From a virus (lineage: Duplodnaviria; Caudoviricetes), in IMG/VR virus record IMGVR_UViG_3300042291_001013: a DNA stretch of 64,000 nucleotides. One strand, written 5' to 3'. Under the pieces are notes generated by a model. It made no database searches. It was not told the DNA's origin and saw only the letters and a program-made list of their open reading frames with translations. Below are positions 17,191 through 26,174 of the stretch, in pieces; position 1 is the first letter of the stretch; the number at the start of each line of letters is the position of its first letter. The position numbers and the translations under genes are program-made.

Positions 17191-18288
17191 TTACTTATCA
17201 GTGTCAACAAAGTAATTGTTAATTTTGCCTTGGCGATTCAAATCATTGGTTATGCAGTGTATGCCAGCGTCCCAGAAGTATCGATGACGGAAATTAGAAA
17301 CATGTACTTCAATACCATGTCTGGCACAAGCCTGTTCGACTTGATCGTTGTGTGAACTTACCACAATGTTCTTTTGATCTATCACAAGTATGTTAACATC
17401 AAAAACAGTTTCGCTTGCGTTGCCGACCCAGGACTCAAAGTAGTGTTCTACTATATGCACAAGATCAGGATCTGATTCAAAGCCCGGAATGTTCCAACGT
17501 CCACGATTGTGCTTCATGCTGGATCTAAATTCAGCAGTGTCGGCATAGGTAGACGCTGGAAGATACACCACCTCCCAGTCAGGAAATGTATCCGAATAAG
17601 TAGGAACGTCACGTAAACTTATGATCAGACCCGGCGTCACTGGACAATAGGTGCTATCGCCGTGACCGCCGGCGTTGACAATTTTGTTGCGGGTATTGGG
17701 AAACTGTTGATTGATACGTGTCAACATCATGCTTTGATCTTCATCATAACTTTGTGTGGCAAAGTATAAGTCTTGTCCAATTCTGCTGACAAAACATCCA
17801 GACACCACATCAAGATCAGTGTATCGCACTTGATTGCCCTGATCATGAACGTCTTGAAAAATATTTTGATAACATGCCAATTTAGACCGATGCTGATCTA
17901 GGTCACGTGCCTGGAATGTAGCTAAGTCTAGCTCAGACTGATTGGAAAAAACCCGGTGTGCATGACTACTATTGGGACTTCTTGGAATCCACAACTGATC
18001 ATGAATCATAACAAAGTAATCCCTGGGTGTCACAGGTGGGGCATTCCAGCGTCCATGACATTTTAAACTATTGGAATCAGCAGGTATTTCGGGACGCAGG
18101 ACTTGAATGCCAAATTGCCCTTGTAATAATTGTATCAACGACTGAAAGTCTTGTTCAGTTTCATCTGCCAACTGTTCAAAATGCCGTCGTGTGTTGGCAT
18201 TTTGTATCCACGAATAGAATTCTGGAGGATAACTTTTGCCTACCACACATACTTGCAGTGGATCCCAATGCTGAAACACCGAATACAT
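17191..18288 (-). CDS. Amidinotransferase (pentein) family protein
   Basis: HWDPLQVCVVG, PRDYF, GGHGD (His), DAGIHCIT (Cys) as in glycine amidinotransferase. Confidence 0.75.
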   Translation of the reverse strand: MYSVFQHWDPLQVCVVGKSYPPEFYSWIQNANTRRHFEQLADETEQDFQSLIQLLQGQFGIQVLRPEIPADSNSLKCHGRWNAPPVTPRDYFVMIHDQLWIPRSPNSSHAHRVFSNQSELDLATFQARDLDQHRSKLACYQNIFQDVHDQGNQVRYTDLDVVSGCFVSRIGQDLYFATQSYDEDQSMMLTRINQQFPNTRNKIVNAGGHGDSTYCPVTPGLIISLRDVPTYSDTFPDWEVVYLPASTYADTAEFRSSMKHNRGRWNIPGFESDPDLVHIVEHYFESWVGNASETVFDVNILVIDQKNIVVSSHNDQVEQACARHGIEVHVSNFRHRYFWDAGIHCITNDLNRQGKINNYFVDTDK

Positions 18289-18545
18289 TAGAGAGTTTTG
18301 CCCACAGTCTCAAGAATTGTTTCTAATAGTTCGTGATCTTGTTTGGCTTTACCAAACTCAGCTTTGTGTGCCAGCTTGATAGCCTTCTTCAACACGCCCG
18401 GTTTAATTTCAAGCTCTTCAGCAATGGCCTTGACTGTATCATTCAGGCCGCCAGTTAGAGTCTCAATTTCCTGAGTCACTTGCATTCCTTCGTTGATAAG
18501 TTGGGTGAGTTTGATCTTTTGATCACCATTAAATGTTTTAATCAT
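18288..18545 (-). CDS. Small dsDNA-binding protein (T4 DsbA/GapR-like)
   Basis: 85 aa helical: LINEGMQ...LNDTVKAIAEELEIKPGVLKKAIKLAHK. Confidence 0.55.
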   Translation of the reverse strand: MIKTFNGDQKIKLTQLINEGMQVTQEIETLTGGLNDTVKAIAEELEIKPGVLKKAIKLAHKAEFGKAKQDHELLETILETVGKTL

Positions 18546-18599
18546 AGTTTATTCCTTTGTTAAGTTTTTGATCACATCTGCTTTGAGTGTGCAACATGC

Positions 18600-18629
18600 A
18601 GTATAACAGACTTTGCCCAGCGTTGTCAA
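18600..18629 (-). promoter_or_regulatory. Strong sigma70-type (early) promoter
   Basis: TTGACA-N18-TATACT with TG extended -10; reads into dsbA-like, amidinotransferase and PolB genes. Confidence 0.75.
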
Positions 18630-18675
18630 GTCCCTTTAGAATATTTTTTCCTTAAGTACTCGCACTACATACAAC

Positions 18676-19323
18676 ATGGACATTGTGGTAAACGACTATC
18701 TAACGTGGGAACGAGCAGAACAAGCAGATTTGGCTCCTGCACCTGTGTCGTGTGCTGTGCATTTTCCCGAATGGTGGAAAAATCTACGTGGTGATCTGCG
18801 TGAATATTTACCGGCCAGTGGAGACCACAGAAATCACACTGCAAGATTATGTTTGGGGCTACGCGGGGCAAGTCAATTGGGATGGACTATTCCATTGGAT
18901 GCTGTGTTGCATAATGGTATCACAGCCGGTGCCTGGCGGTATGGACATTTGCTACAAGAAATGTTGCATGGAACCGTCTGGGCTCAAAAGGTTGCCGGCG
19001 AATATGTGTGGGATAGGCCAATGATTTTGGCTTGGCCCTGGCGAGCCAAAATGGCACCCGGCTGGAGATTGTTAATGAATGACTATCCGCTGGACTGGCA
19101 TCAAGATTTTCATTGTTTTACTGGATACGTGGATGCCAACCATGGATCAGGATTTTGGGGATGGGCTCAGGAAATGCACAAAGAATTCAACTACTACAAT
19201 GTAGAAACTGTGGTAATAATGAAAAAACAAGCTCGCATCAACACAGGGTCAGCAGTGTTTTCAATGGTACCAGTATACGAACCAACCCATGTGCCTAAAC
19301 CATTCACTGGGTATCCATTTTAA
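18676..19323 (+). CDS. Hypothetical protein (possibly beta-clip/dUTPase-like fold)
   Basis: PEWWK..T.RLC.G....GWTIP pattern; TAAGTA at 18653-18658. Confidence 0.6.
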   Translation: MDIVVNDYLTWERAEQADLAPAPVSCAVHFPEWWKNLRGDLREYLPASGDHRNHTARLCLGLRGASQLGWTIPLDAVLHNGITAGAWRYGHLLQEMLHGTVWAQKVAGEYVWDRPMILAWPWRAKMAPGWRLLMNDYPLDWHQDFHCFTGYVDANHGSGFWGWAQEMHKEFNYYNVETVVIMKKQARINTGSAVFSMVPVYEPTHVPKPFTGYPF

Positions 19324-19763
19324 GGCGTTGTCGGACTTGGTTGGATTGTGAGTGTGCCTTTAAATCTTACCGTTTGTCCGTTGAGTATTTGTAAACTGCC
19401 GGGACCGGTGTATGATGGATCATCACCGGTATGGCCAGAAATATCATAGGGCTGCCAGCCCAGAGTATCCCACACTGGCTGAGTAGAAATATTAAAATTC
19501 CCCAGGGTACAAGTATATCCGCAAATCAATATATCAGTATTCTCGGCCTTGATTTCAAAATCAAAATCCTTGATCTCAAAGATATTACTTGACACCGGCA
19601 AATTGATCAAAATTTCACGAGAATCTTGCGTGGACGAACTAGGCACCCAGTTTATTGTTGGCACCAGACTGAACTGTTGAGAAGTGCTGTCAAGCACAAT
19701 TGTGACCAGCGCACTGGTATCTGGTTTGACATGGCAATTTAATGTCAGAATGGACGTATACAT
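19320..19763 (-). CDS. Hypothetical protein
   Basis: 147-aa ORF. Confidence 0.65.
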   Translation of the reverse strand: MYTSILTLNCHVKPDTSALVTIVLDSTSQQFSLVPTINWVPSSSTQDSREILINLPVSSNIFEIKDFDFEIKAENTDILICGYTCTLGNFNISTQPVWDTLGWQPYDISGHTGDDPSYTGPGSLQILNGQTVRFKGTLTIQPSPTTP

Positions 19764-19795
19764 ATTTTATCTTTCTTTCCACACAAGTTAACTGG

Positions 19796-20878
19796 CTATT
19801 TCATCGCCAATGCAATCAGACGTTGTTTATTGTGGCTACAGATTTGTCTGCTCTTTTGGTACAATTCAAGTTGTTGATTTACAGGCATACCAGCAACTTG
19901 TTGCACTATATTTATAATTTTTTGATATCTATCAGGACCTTCTAGTTGATCATAACTTTCGTCCCATAAATTATCAAAAGTTTTAAACCCCAACAATTGC
20001 ATCTGTTGCAAAAAATTCTTGGGAGCATACACCACCATGGGCTTTTGGGCCACCATGGTTCTTATGGTCTTCTCACTGGGAGTAAATGTAGTTCCCCTGG
20101 TCATAGTTTCAAATGTGATTTCAAAAAGATATTTCCCACTAATATCAATTAAATTTTTAGTAGGGACAGCATTTCGATTTTCGCCACAGTTGGCATTGGT
20201 GTATTGGTCAATAGCATTGTATCCATCTATGGAGTGAACCGGCATGTCAAAACAAAAATTACGAAAGTGTTGGTGCGCGGATATTTTCTCAACAGGATCA
20301 ACAACTGGCATCCAATCACTCAATTGATCATGTATCATGTGGCTGTGATCAAACGGTTGTGATGTAGGAGGCTCTGTTTCGTTCATCTTGCTGAGCAAGC
20401 AGGCTTGCTTCAGTGCCGGGTCATGCCAAATATCATACAAGGCCAGCAATCTGGGAGTAGTTCGTCTTCCTACAAACAATGCCCATGGTTTCCAGTTTGA
20501 CTCTAGGTGTGTATCTGCATCATCCCAGTATGCACGACATCTGCTAAATTCGTCACTGACTGTGAACTGTTTCCAAAAGAGATTTGTCCAAGGTGCATCA
20601 GTTGACAATGCATTTGGGCTAAAGATAAAAACAGAATCTGCTGATCTTTCAGTTTCTTTCATGACCTTGTCAACTGCTGACACTACCCCGGCTGTTGATA
20701 GACTCAACCCTTCAAAGCGCACATGAATTACCACATGGTCTGACAACGGTGCATTTCTAAAAGCATTGCAAAATTCTTGTTGGTTGATCCAGTAGTCCCC
20801 ATCAACCTGTAAATATACCACAGTGACATTGTGCCGCCCGGCCAATCTTTTCATCTGCTCAAGGTCAAAATCTGTCAT
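19796..20878 (-). CDS. Putative glycosyltransferase (GT10-like C-terminal domain); paralog of 28020-29078
   Basis: FEITFET...SEKT...KP......LGFKTF..LWDESYD. Confidence 0.5.
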   Translation of the reverse strand: MTDFDLEQMKRLAGRHNVTVVYLQVDGDYWINQQEFCNAFRNAPLSDHVVIHVRFEGLSLSTAGVVSAVDKVMKETERSADSVFIFSPNALSTDAPWTNLFWKQFTVSDEFSRCRAYWDDADTHLESNWKPWALFVGRRTTPRLLALYDIWHDPALKQACLLSKMNETEPPTSQPFDHSHMIHDQLSDWMPVVDPVEKISAHQHFRNFCFDMPVHSIDGYNAIDQYTNANCGENRNAVPTKNLIDISGKYLFEITFETMTRGTTFTPSEKTIRTMVAQKPMVVYAPKNFLQQMQLLGFKTFDNLWDESYDQLEGPDRYQKIINIVQQVAGMPVNQQLELYQKSRQICSHNKQRLIALAMK

Positions 20879-21717
20879 CTTTGTATCACATTAACACGAT
20901 GTTCAATTACAGAATTGGTATCCGCGGCAGTGGGACACTGTTTGCATATGGCATGCACATGCCCAAAATTTTTGGCAAAATGGTTGATTACCACAGGGTC
21001 AGATTGCAAGTCAATACTGCCATTGGTTGCATGATCAAAGTATTCTTTCCAGGCTGCCTCATTGGCACCGCCGTGGGCTGACCATGCTTCTTGAACAAGA
21101 GCCGACGTTGAGCATTTGTAGATTTTGCCTTTCCATAGCATGGGGCATGTGGCTTGATGACAATTAGCATAGGCCCTGTCAGGATCAGACTGCCAGGGTT
21201 GCATGTTGGTGTAAGTGCCCTGAAATGTTTGTGTAAATTTTGTAGGTGTGTTTATCTGTAATCGTAGGCCAGTGTCGGTTATCCATCGATCTAGTCCATA
21301 CTCATGTATAGGTGTCCATGTATAACTGCTACGCAATCGAGTCAGCACTGAATCAATATTGCCAGTATGGTCAGTAATTTTAAGAACAGCATTGCCATCT
21401 TGATACAACCATTCTACAACTTTCCAGTGTTTTTCGAGCAACAATCCATTGGTAGGAAAACGTATACGACTATCAGGAAGCAATTCGCGAACACCGTTTA
21501 ACCAGGTCAACACATGAGGATTGATCAAGGGCTCTCCTCCCATGAATCCAATATCTTCAATTGAAATTTTTTCTAACCACTGTTGTAACCAGTGTTGAGT
21601 TGTGGACCAGTCTGCGTAGCCTTGGTGGCGATAATCACTGTAGGTACTACAGCCGTGACAACTTAGATTGCAGACCTGTGTCAACATTATTTCTAAAAAA
21701 GGCAATACAGGTTTCAT
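20875..21717 (-). CDS. Radical SAM protein
   Basis: CNLSCHGC, GFMGGEP, FPTNG; C-terminal Cys (CHQATC, YKC, CKQC) of twitch/SPASM type. Confidence 0.88.
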   Translation of the reverse strand: MKPVLPFLEIMLTQVCNLSCHGCSTYSDYRHQGYADWSTTQHWLQQWLEKISIEDIGFMGGEPLINPHVLTWLNGVRELLPDSRIRFPTNGLLLEKHWKVVEWLYQDGNAVLKITDHTGNIDSVLTRLRSSYTWTPIHEYGLDRWITDTGLRLQINTPTKFTQTFQGTYTNMQPWQSDPDRAYANCHQATCPMLWKGKIYKCSTSALVQEAWSAHGGANEAAWKEYFDHATNGSIDLQSDPVVINHFAKNFGHVHAICKQCPTAADTNSVIEHRVNVIQR

Positions 21718-21825
21718 TACTAGATGTAGGTGCTCACTTTAGGGTACGCAGTAGCGAATTGTTTCCCCAAGGCAGCAGCCGCCTCACACTTACGGTAACA
21801 AGTACCGGTCCTAAGGTGTGTTGGT

Positions 21826-24459
21826 TTAGCCCCGGCGAGCAAACTCTCTGCGGCGTTGTGCGCCAACTTGTGTCACGTGTTCAATCAGTCGATTGCGTAC
21901 AGCAAAAGCTGATTCAGTTACAGCACCGTACTTGACAAACGTTTGGTCAATAAACTGTTTGATCTTGGCAACGTCTTCTTTGGTTTCAACCATGTTGAGC
22001 ATTTCTGCTACGGGTTTCTTCAATGCATTAAACACACGACTCTCAGGCATGGCAGGAGCACCAATGCGTCTAATGTACTCATCCTTACTTAACTGTCCTG
22101 GTTGTGCGGCAGCTTTTACGCCAGCGCCACCACCTGCAGGTAGATTGAGGTTGTATTTGACACCAGGTGCCTTGGGCGCCGAAGGAGCCGCTGGTGCTGT
22201 GGGAGCCTTCATTCCTGGAATACCAGTCATGGGCTTGACACTCATAGTAGTCTTGCCATAGCCTGTGGGGCCACTTGCAAAACTAGCAGGCTTGGCTGGA
22301 GCAGGTGCCTTGGCATACTTTTCCATACCAGGCAAGTTCATTACGTTAGTAGCATTGAAACCAGGTTGTGCAGTTGTAGCAGTCTTGGCGGCTGTGGTAG
22401 ATGTAGTAGCGGCTGGTGCTGGTGCTGGTGCTGGTGTTGTGCCAGCTTGTGACTTGGCCTGCAACTCATCATAAGTCCAGGGTTTCTTGGTGGCTGGATT
22501 GGTACCATAGAACGGCATAGATTTTTGTGCGCCACCAGCAGTGGTTGCTTGTGGTTCAGCGGCTTGTGCCTTGGCTGGGTCAGCCTGCGGGGTATAAGGA
22601 ATACCCATCTTGCCATACACGCTGGTAACAACTTCTTGTGGTACGCCCTGTTTGGCCAACCAAGCAGCCAATTGATCTGAATCACTGGGCTTGCCAGCCT
22701 GGTGCCAGTTCATCTTGAGTTTTTCTTTTGTGACGTTGGTAGTAAACTGATGTCCAAAATTGCTCAGTGCACCGCCTACTTTTTTAACGCCTCGATCTAG
22801 TGCATTAAGACCACGACCAATTAGGCCAGGCTTTTTGTCTGGTTTCGTTGGAGCATCCATCATGTCTGGACGATAGTATTCTGGGCGTGTACTTCCAGGA
22901 ACACCCTTGAGTTCCATGATGGCTTTGCGATAACGGTCAACGTTCTCAAACACTGTGTATGTGCCAACCGTGGTTAAATTAAAACTAGTGCTCCGGCGAC
23001 CAACACTTTCGTTCAAGGCCCAACTCATCACAGTGCTCTTTTGATCAATCAGTTTGTCAGCTGGCAGCTTGAGCAACCGTACAGCAGGCAACCAACTTTC
23101 CTGTACTGGGTTTGAAAATTCTTGTGGGTTAAAATTCTTGATGTAGGCTTTGTCGCCTCTGATATAAGCAGTTACGTCTTGGCCAGCATAGTTTACTTGA
23201 ACTGCTTCGCTGCCAGGGCCAATTCTTGGCTGTATACCACCTTCAGGGAAAGCATAGGCCTGCACTTCTCTTCCGTCTGGAAGAGTCAATGTACCACTGG
23301 TGCCACCGTCAGGGAAAGACAATGAAGGTCCTGAGGGTGTTGTGGCACCAGCAAAATTGGCAGCATCTGGACTACCCAGTTGTTCTGGCCCTTGTGAAGC
23401 AGGAGCAACTCCTGGTGCGCTTGTATCTGTACCTTGCCACACACTTCCTGTGTTTGGTCCACTTGGTGGCAGTTGTAGTTCTGTGCCCACAGGCAATTTG
23501 GTCCAGTCGGTAATATCTGGATTCATTGCTTGAAGATCTTTAAACGGAACTCCTTGCGCTTGGGCAATAAATCCGCCTTGATCACCTTGCATCACAGTGT
23601 ATGTGCCACCACCCACAGGATCTGTAGCGGCAGCAAAGTTATCAGCAGGAACTGTTGGATCACCTGAGCCGCCAAATATTTTTCCTGCGGCCCAGGCTGT
23701 GGCTGCCGCTCCGCCAGCTTTGAGTGCAATGTCTGACAGTTTATCGCCTTTGATAGATGAATCTAAGCCGTATACCAGAGCTGCCACAGCAGGCAGTCCA
23801 GCACCACCTGTGGCTAAACCAGCAATACCAACCAAGGCCGCTTTGGCCAGGCCAGAGGTCTTGGGATACTGTTTGGCCAGCATGCGATACTTCTTGATGG
23901 CCTGCATCACTGCACCTTTTTGCCCGCCAGACAGTTTGGCCAGCGCATCAGTGGCTTGGTCATAGGCCGCGTCCAATGCGTCCACAGGCACTGAATTTTG
24001 TATTCCGGCCCACACGCCTTTAAGGGCATCAGCTACGCCGCCAGCAAAGTCCATGGTGGTATCTTTGCCACGACCCAGCATGGTACGATTGGCTCCGGTG
24101 CCTTTATCGGTCATGCCTGCTTCGGCATCAGCAAACACTTGTAAGATTTCTTTTTCGCTCATGCGGCGTTCAGCAATGTACTGACCCACACGCTTGAAGT
24201 TGCGATAAACAGGGTCTTCCATTAGACGAGCTTCGTTGAGCCGGCTTTCGCCTAGTCCTCTAGATCTCAAACTCTTTTCGTAGTAGGACTCTTCGTCGTT
24301 GGGCGGATCATAATCGTCGTCTTCAGGTGGATCCACATCGTCGTCTTCGGGGTCTTCAGCGTCACGATCGTTATAGTAATCTACATCGCTGTCATAGTTG
24401 CGAGGATCAATCTCGTTGAGTTTTTTCTTGTCGTCTTCAAATAGTTGGTCTAGTATCAT
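21826..24459 (-). CDS. Large LysM-containing protein with leader MILDQLFE, acidic and Ala/Pro-rich linkers
   Basis: LysM: YTVMQGD...IAQAQGVPFKDLQAMNPDI....LPVGTELQLP; start moved to 24459 (abuts stop of upstream gene). Confidence 0.75.
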   Translation of the reverse strand: MILDQLFEDDKKKLNEIDPRNYDSDVDYYNDRDAEDPEDDDVDPPEDDDYDPPNDEESYYEKSLRSRGLGESRLNEARLMEDPVYRNFKRVGQYIAERRMSEKEILQVFADAEAGMTDKGTGANRTMLGRGKDTTMDFAGGVADALKGVWAGIQNSVPVDALDAAYDQATDALAKLSGGQKGAVMQAIKKYRMLAKQYPKTSGLAKAALVGIAGLATGGAGLPAVAALVYGLDSSIKGDKLSDIALKAGGAAATAWAAGKIFGGSGDPTVPADNFAAATDPVGGGTYTVMQGDQGGFIAQAQGVPFKDLQAMNPDITDWTKLPVGTELQLPPSGPNTGSVWQGTDTSAPGVAPASQGPEQLGSPDAANFAGATTPSGPSLSFPDGGTSGTLTLPDGREVQAYAFPEGGIQPRIGPGSEAVQVNYAGQDVTAYIRGDKAYIKNFNPQEFSNPVQESWLPAVRLLKLPADKLIDQKSTVMSWALNESVGRRSTSFNLTTVGTYTVFENVDRYRKAIMELKGVPGSTRPEYYRPDMMDAPTKPDKKPGLIGRGLNALDRGVKKVGGALSNFGHQFTTNVTKEKLKMNWHQAGKPSDSDQLAAWLAKQGVPQEVVTSVYGKMGIPYTPQADPAKAQAAEPQATTAGGAQKSMPFYGTNPATKKPWTYDELQAKSQAGTTPAPAPAPAATTSTTAAKTATTAQPGFNATNVMNLPGMEKYAKAPAPAKPASFASGPTGYGKTTMSVKPMTGIPGMKAPTAPAAPSAPKAPGVKYNLNLPAGGGAGVKAAAQPGQLSKDEYIRRIGAPAMPESRVFNALKKPVAEMLNMVETKEDVAKIKQFIDQTFVKYGAVTESAFAVRNRLIEHVTQVGAQRRREFARRG

Positions 24460-24460
24460 A

Positions 24461-25225
24461 TCAACGTTCTTCCAGATAATCTTGATTGGCGTCCTGTTGC
24501 GCGGCCTCCCTGCGCTTTTGGAACAAACGCATGGCCATGTCTGCATGACCCAAGCGCGGGAAACGTGTAGCCAACTTGCGATCGCCACGACGTAGTTCAT
24601 ATCCTTGAGTGTCATCGCCCCAGCATTCTACGCTGGTGCCGTCAGTCATTTCATACACACGAGCAGGACTGCCGACGGCCTTGCTCAAAATTTCTACACC
24701 ACGATCAGTGTCAGTTAAGTTTTCGCCTACAGGTGCAGTGGGCTGACTCATGGCCTGTGCCACATGGTCTTCAATGCCGTGTGCAGTTTCTGTGTCTGCG
24801 GCATCCTCAGGACCAGAAACAGGTGCTACATCTGCGTCCCAGGTGGCAGCTTCTTCAGTCTGTGGATCATCGTCAATGTTGAGCTCAGCCTTGGCCTTGC
24901 GTATTAGACGCTGATCAATTTTGTTTTTCTTTTCCAGCGTTTCAAGATAGTCAGCAAAGCGACCCTTGACCTTGCTGATCATGTCTTCTTCAACTTCTTG
25001 CATGGCTTCGGCCAGAGCATTTTCGCCTACCATGTAGCCATCCATGGGATGAGCCTGATAGGGCTTTTTCTTTAGTGTGGGGCTGATGTCACGGGGCTTG
25101 AACAAGGCCGGCAACTGCGGCACACGTTCTTGCTGACCAGTCATGCTGCCGCGAGGGCTGACCGGTACAGTCCTGCCTTCAACCAGAGCCAGGCGCTCTA
25201 GTATGCTTCTAATGTCATTGCTCAT
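24461..25225 (-). CDS. Acidic modular hypothetical protein, candidate internal head protein
   Basis: MSNDIRSILE leader; segments ending VGE, TEE, VGE. Confidence 0.65.
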   Translation of the reverse strand: MSNDIRSILERLALVEGRTVPVSPRGSMTGQQERVPQLPALFKPRDISPTLKKKPYQAHPMDGYMVGENALAEAMQEVEEDMISKVKGRFADYLETLEKKNKIDQRLIRKAKAELNIDDDPQTEEAATWDADVAPVSGPEDAADTETAHGIEDHVAQAMSQPTAPVGENLTDTDRGVEILSKAVGSPARVYEMTDGTSVECWGDDTQGYELRRGDRKLATRFPRLGHADMAMRLFQKRREAAQQDANQDYLEER

Positions 25226-25665
25226 GCTCTATCTTCTTTCAAGAAACTTCTCAGCATCCAGCCGTGCTTTTGATGAGCATCAATGCGTTCTGCTATAAAA
25301 TTTACAATGCCTTGCTGATTCTCTTGTTCAGCGGTGGCAAATGTTTCGTTGAGTAGATCAAGCATTTGACCATTGTTGGCCAAGAGCTCTTCAATCATGA
25401 GTCGGGCACGTGGAATCTTTGTTTGCCCTTTGATAGTGGTGAGTTCACTAAAGCGTTCATAACTGCCGGGTGCATAGTCGCCCAGAGCACGAACGTATTC
25501 TGCTGTTCGGTCTATACTGTTGTTGTAGACTTCTTCGTACAAGTTACCAAAAAACTCATGCAACTGAGCAAAGTCAGGTCCTTCCACGTTCCAGTGAAAC
25601 TGCTGAGCCTTGAGACTGAAAGCATATTCAGTTGCTAGGAGAATTTTTAAACTGTCCGCGAGCAT
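25222..25665 (-). CDS. dps: Dps/ferritin-like DNA-protection protein
   Basis: HWNVEGPDFAQLHEFF..LYEE...IDR.AE; C-terminal H.KH.WML. Confidence 0.88.
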   Translation of the reverse strand: MLADSLKILLATEYAFSLKAQQFHWNVEGPDFAQLHEFFGNLYEEVYNNSIDRTAEYVRALGDYAPGSYERFSELTTIKGQTKIPRARLMIEELLANNGQMLDLLNETFATAEQENQQGIVNFIAERIDAHQKHGWMLRSFLKEDRA

Positions 25666-25837
25666 GTTTGTTCCTTTTGTATTCTTTTGGGGTGTTCGGT
25701 GTAGGATCAGAGCCCGTTACATATTTACCTGTCAACATTGATCCGCCATTTCTAGAAATGGCACCACCCAGGGGCATGGCCACTGTGGCTACCGAGCCAG
25801 ATGTGGTGGTTTCTAAAATGAATTCATTGGCTCTCAT
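25628..25837 (-). CDS. Small protein with capsid-targeting-like leader
   Basis: MRANEFILE-T. Confidence 0.6.
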   Translation of the reverse strand: MRANEFILETTTSGSVATVAMPLGGAISRNGGSMLTGKYVTGSDPTPNTPKEYKRNKHARGQFKNSPSN

Positions 25838-26135
25838 TGCGTGTCTCCGGTGTATATATTTGGATTTCTCCGGCCTTGGTTATTATGGCTGGACCAGTTT
25901 CAATACGCAAGTCGCCAATGCGCAATCGAGCATGCTCAGGATCAAGGCATTCATAACGCACTTCGTATTTGCCCGGCGGAGCTTCAATCTGTATTGATTC
26001 ATCAATGTAAAAATCATGCCAGATCCAAGTGCGCTCGGCAAACAATTCCCCGCCAACCCAGAGTCTATAACGTGGATGCGGGCCAGTCCAACGCATGTCA
26101 ACATTGGCTCGTGCTATAACAAATTCGTTTTGCAT
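25824..26135 (-). CDS. Hypothetical protein
   Basis: 103 aa; TAAATA at 26142-26147. Confidence 0.65.
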   Translation of the reverse strand: MQNEFVIARANVDMRWTGPHPRYRLWVGGELFAERTWIWHDFYIDESIQIEAPPGKYEVRYECLDPEHARLRIGDLRIETGPAIITKAGEIQIYTPETRNESQ

Positions 26136-26141
26136 AAATGA

Positions 26142-26169
26142 TATTTAGCGTAATAGACGTCTATAAATA
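26142..26169. promoter_or_regulatory. Divergent T4-like late promoters
   Basis: TAAATA on minus (26142-26147) and perfect TATAAATA on plus (26162-26169), each just upstream of an ATG. Confidence 0.65.
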
Positions 26170-26174
26170 TTGCT

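Noticed and set aside
22413-22437. gctggt tandem repeat as a contingency locus
   Set aside because: In-frame 6-bp unit encoding a PAPAPA linker; length change would not shift the frame.
24460-24615. 52-aa N-terminal extension of the LysM protein suggesting readthrough or overlap
   Set aside because: ATG at 24459 abuts the upstream stop and gives a leader matching the other cargo proteins; the same applies to extensions at 46381, 57715 and 58786.
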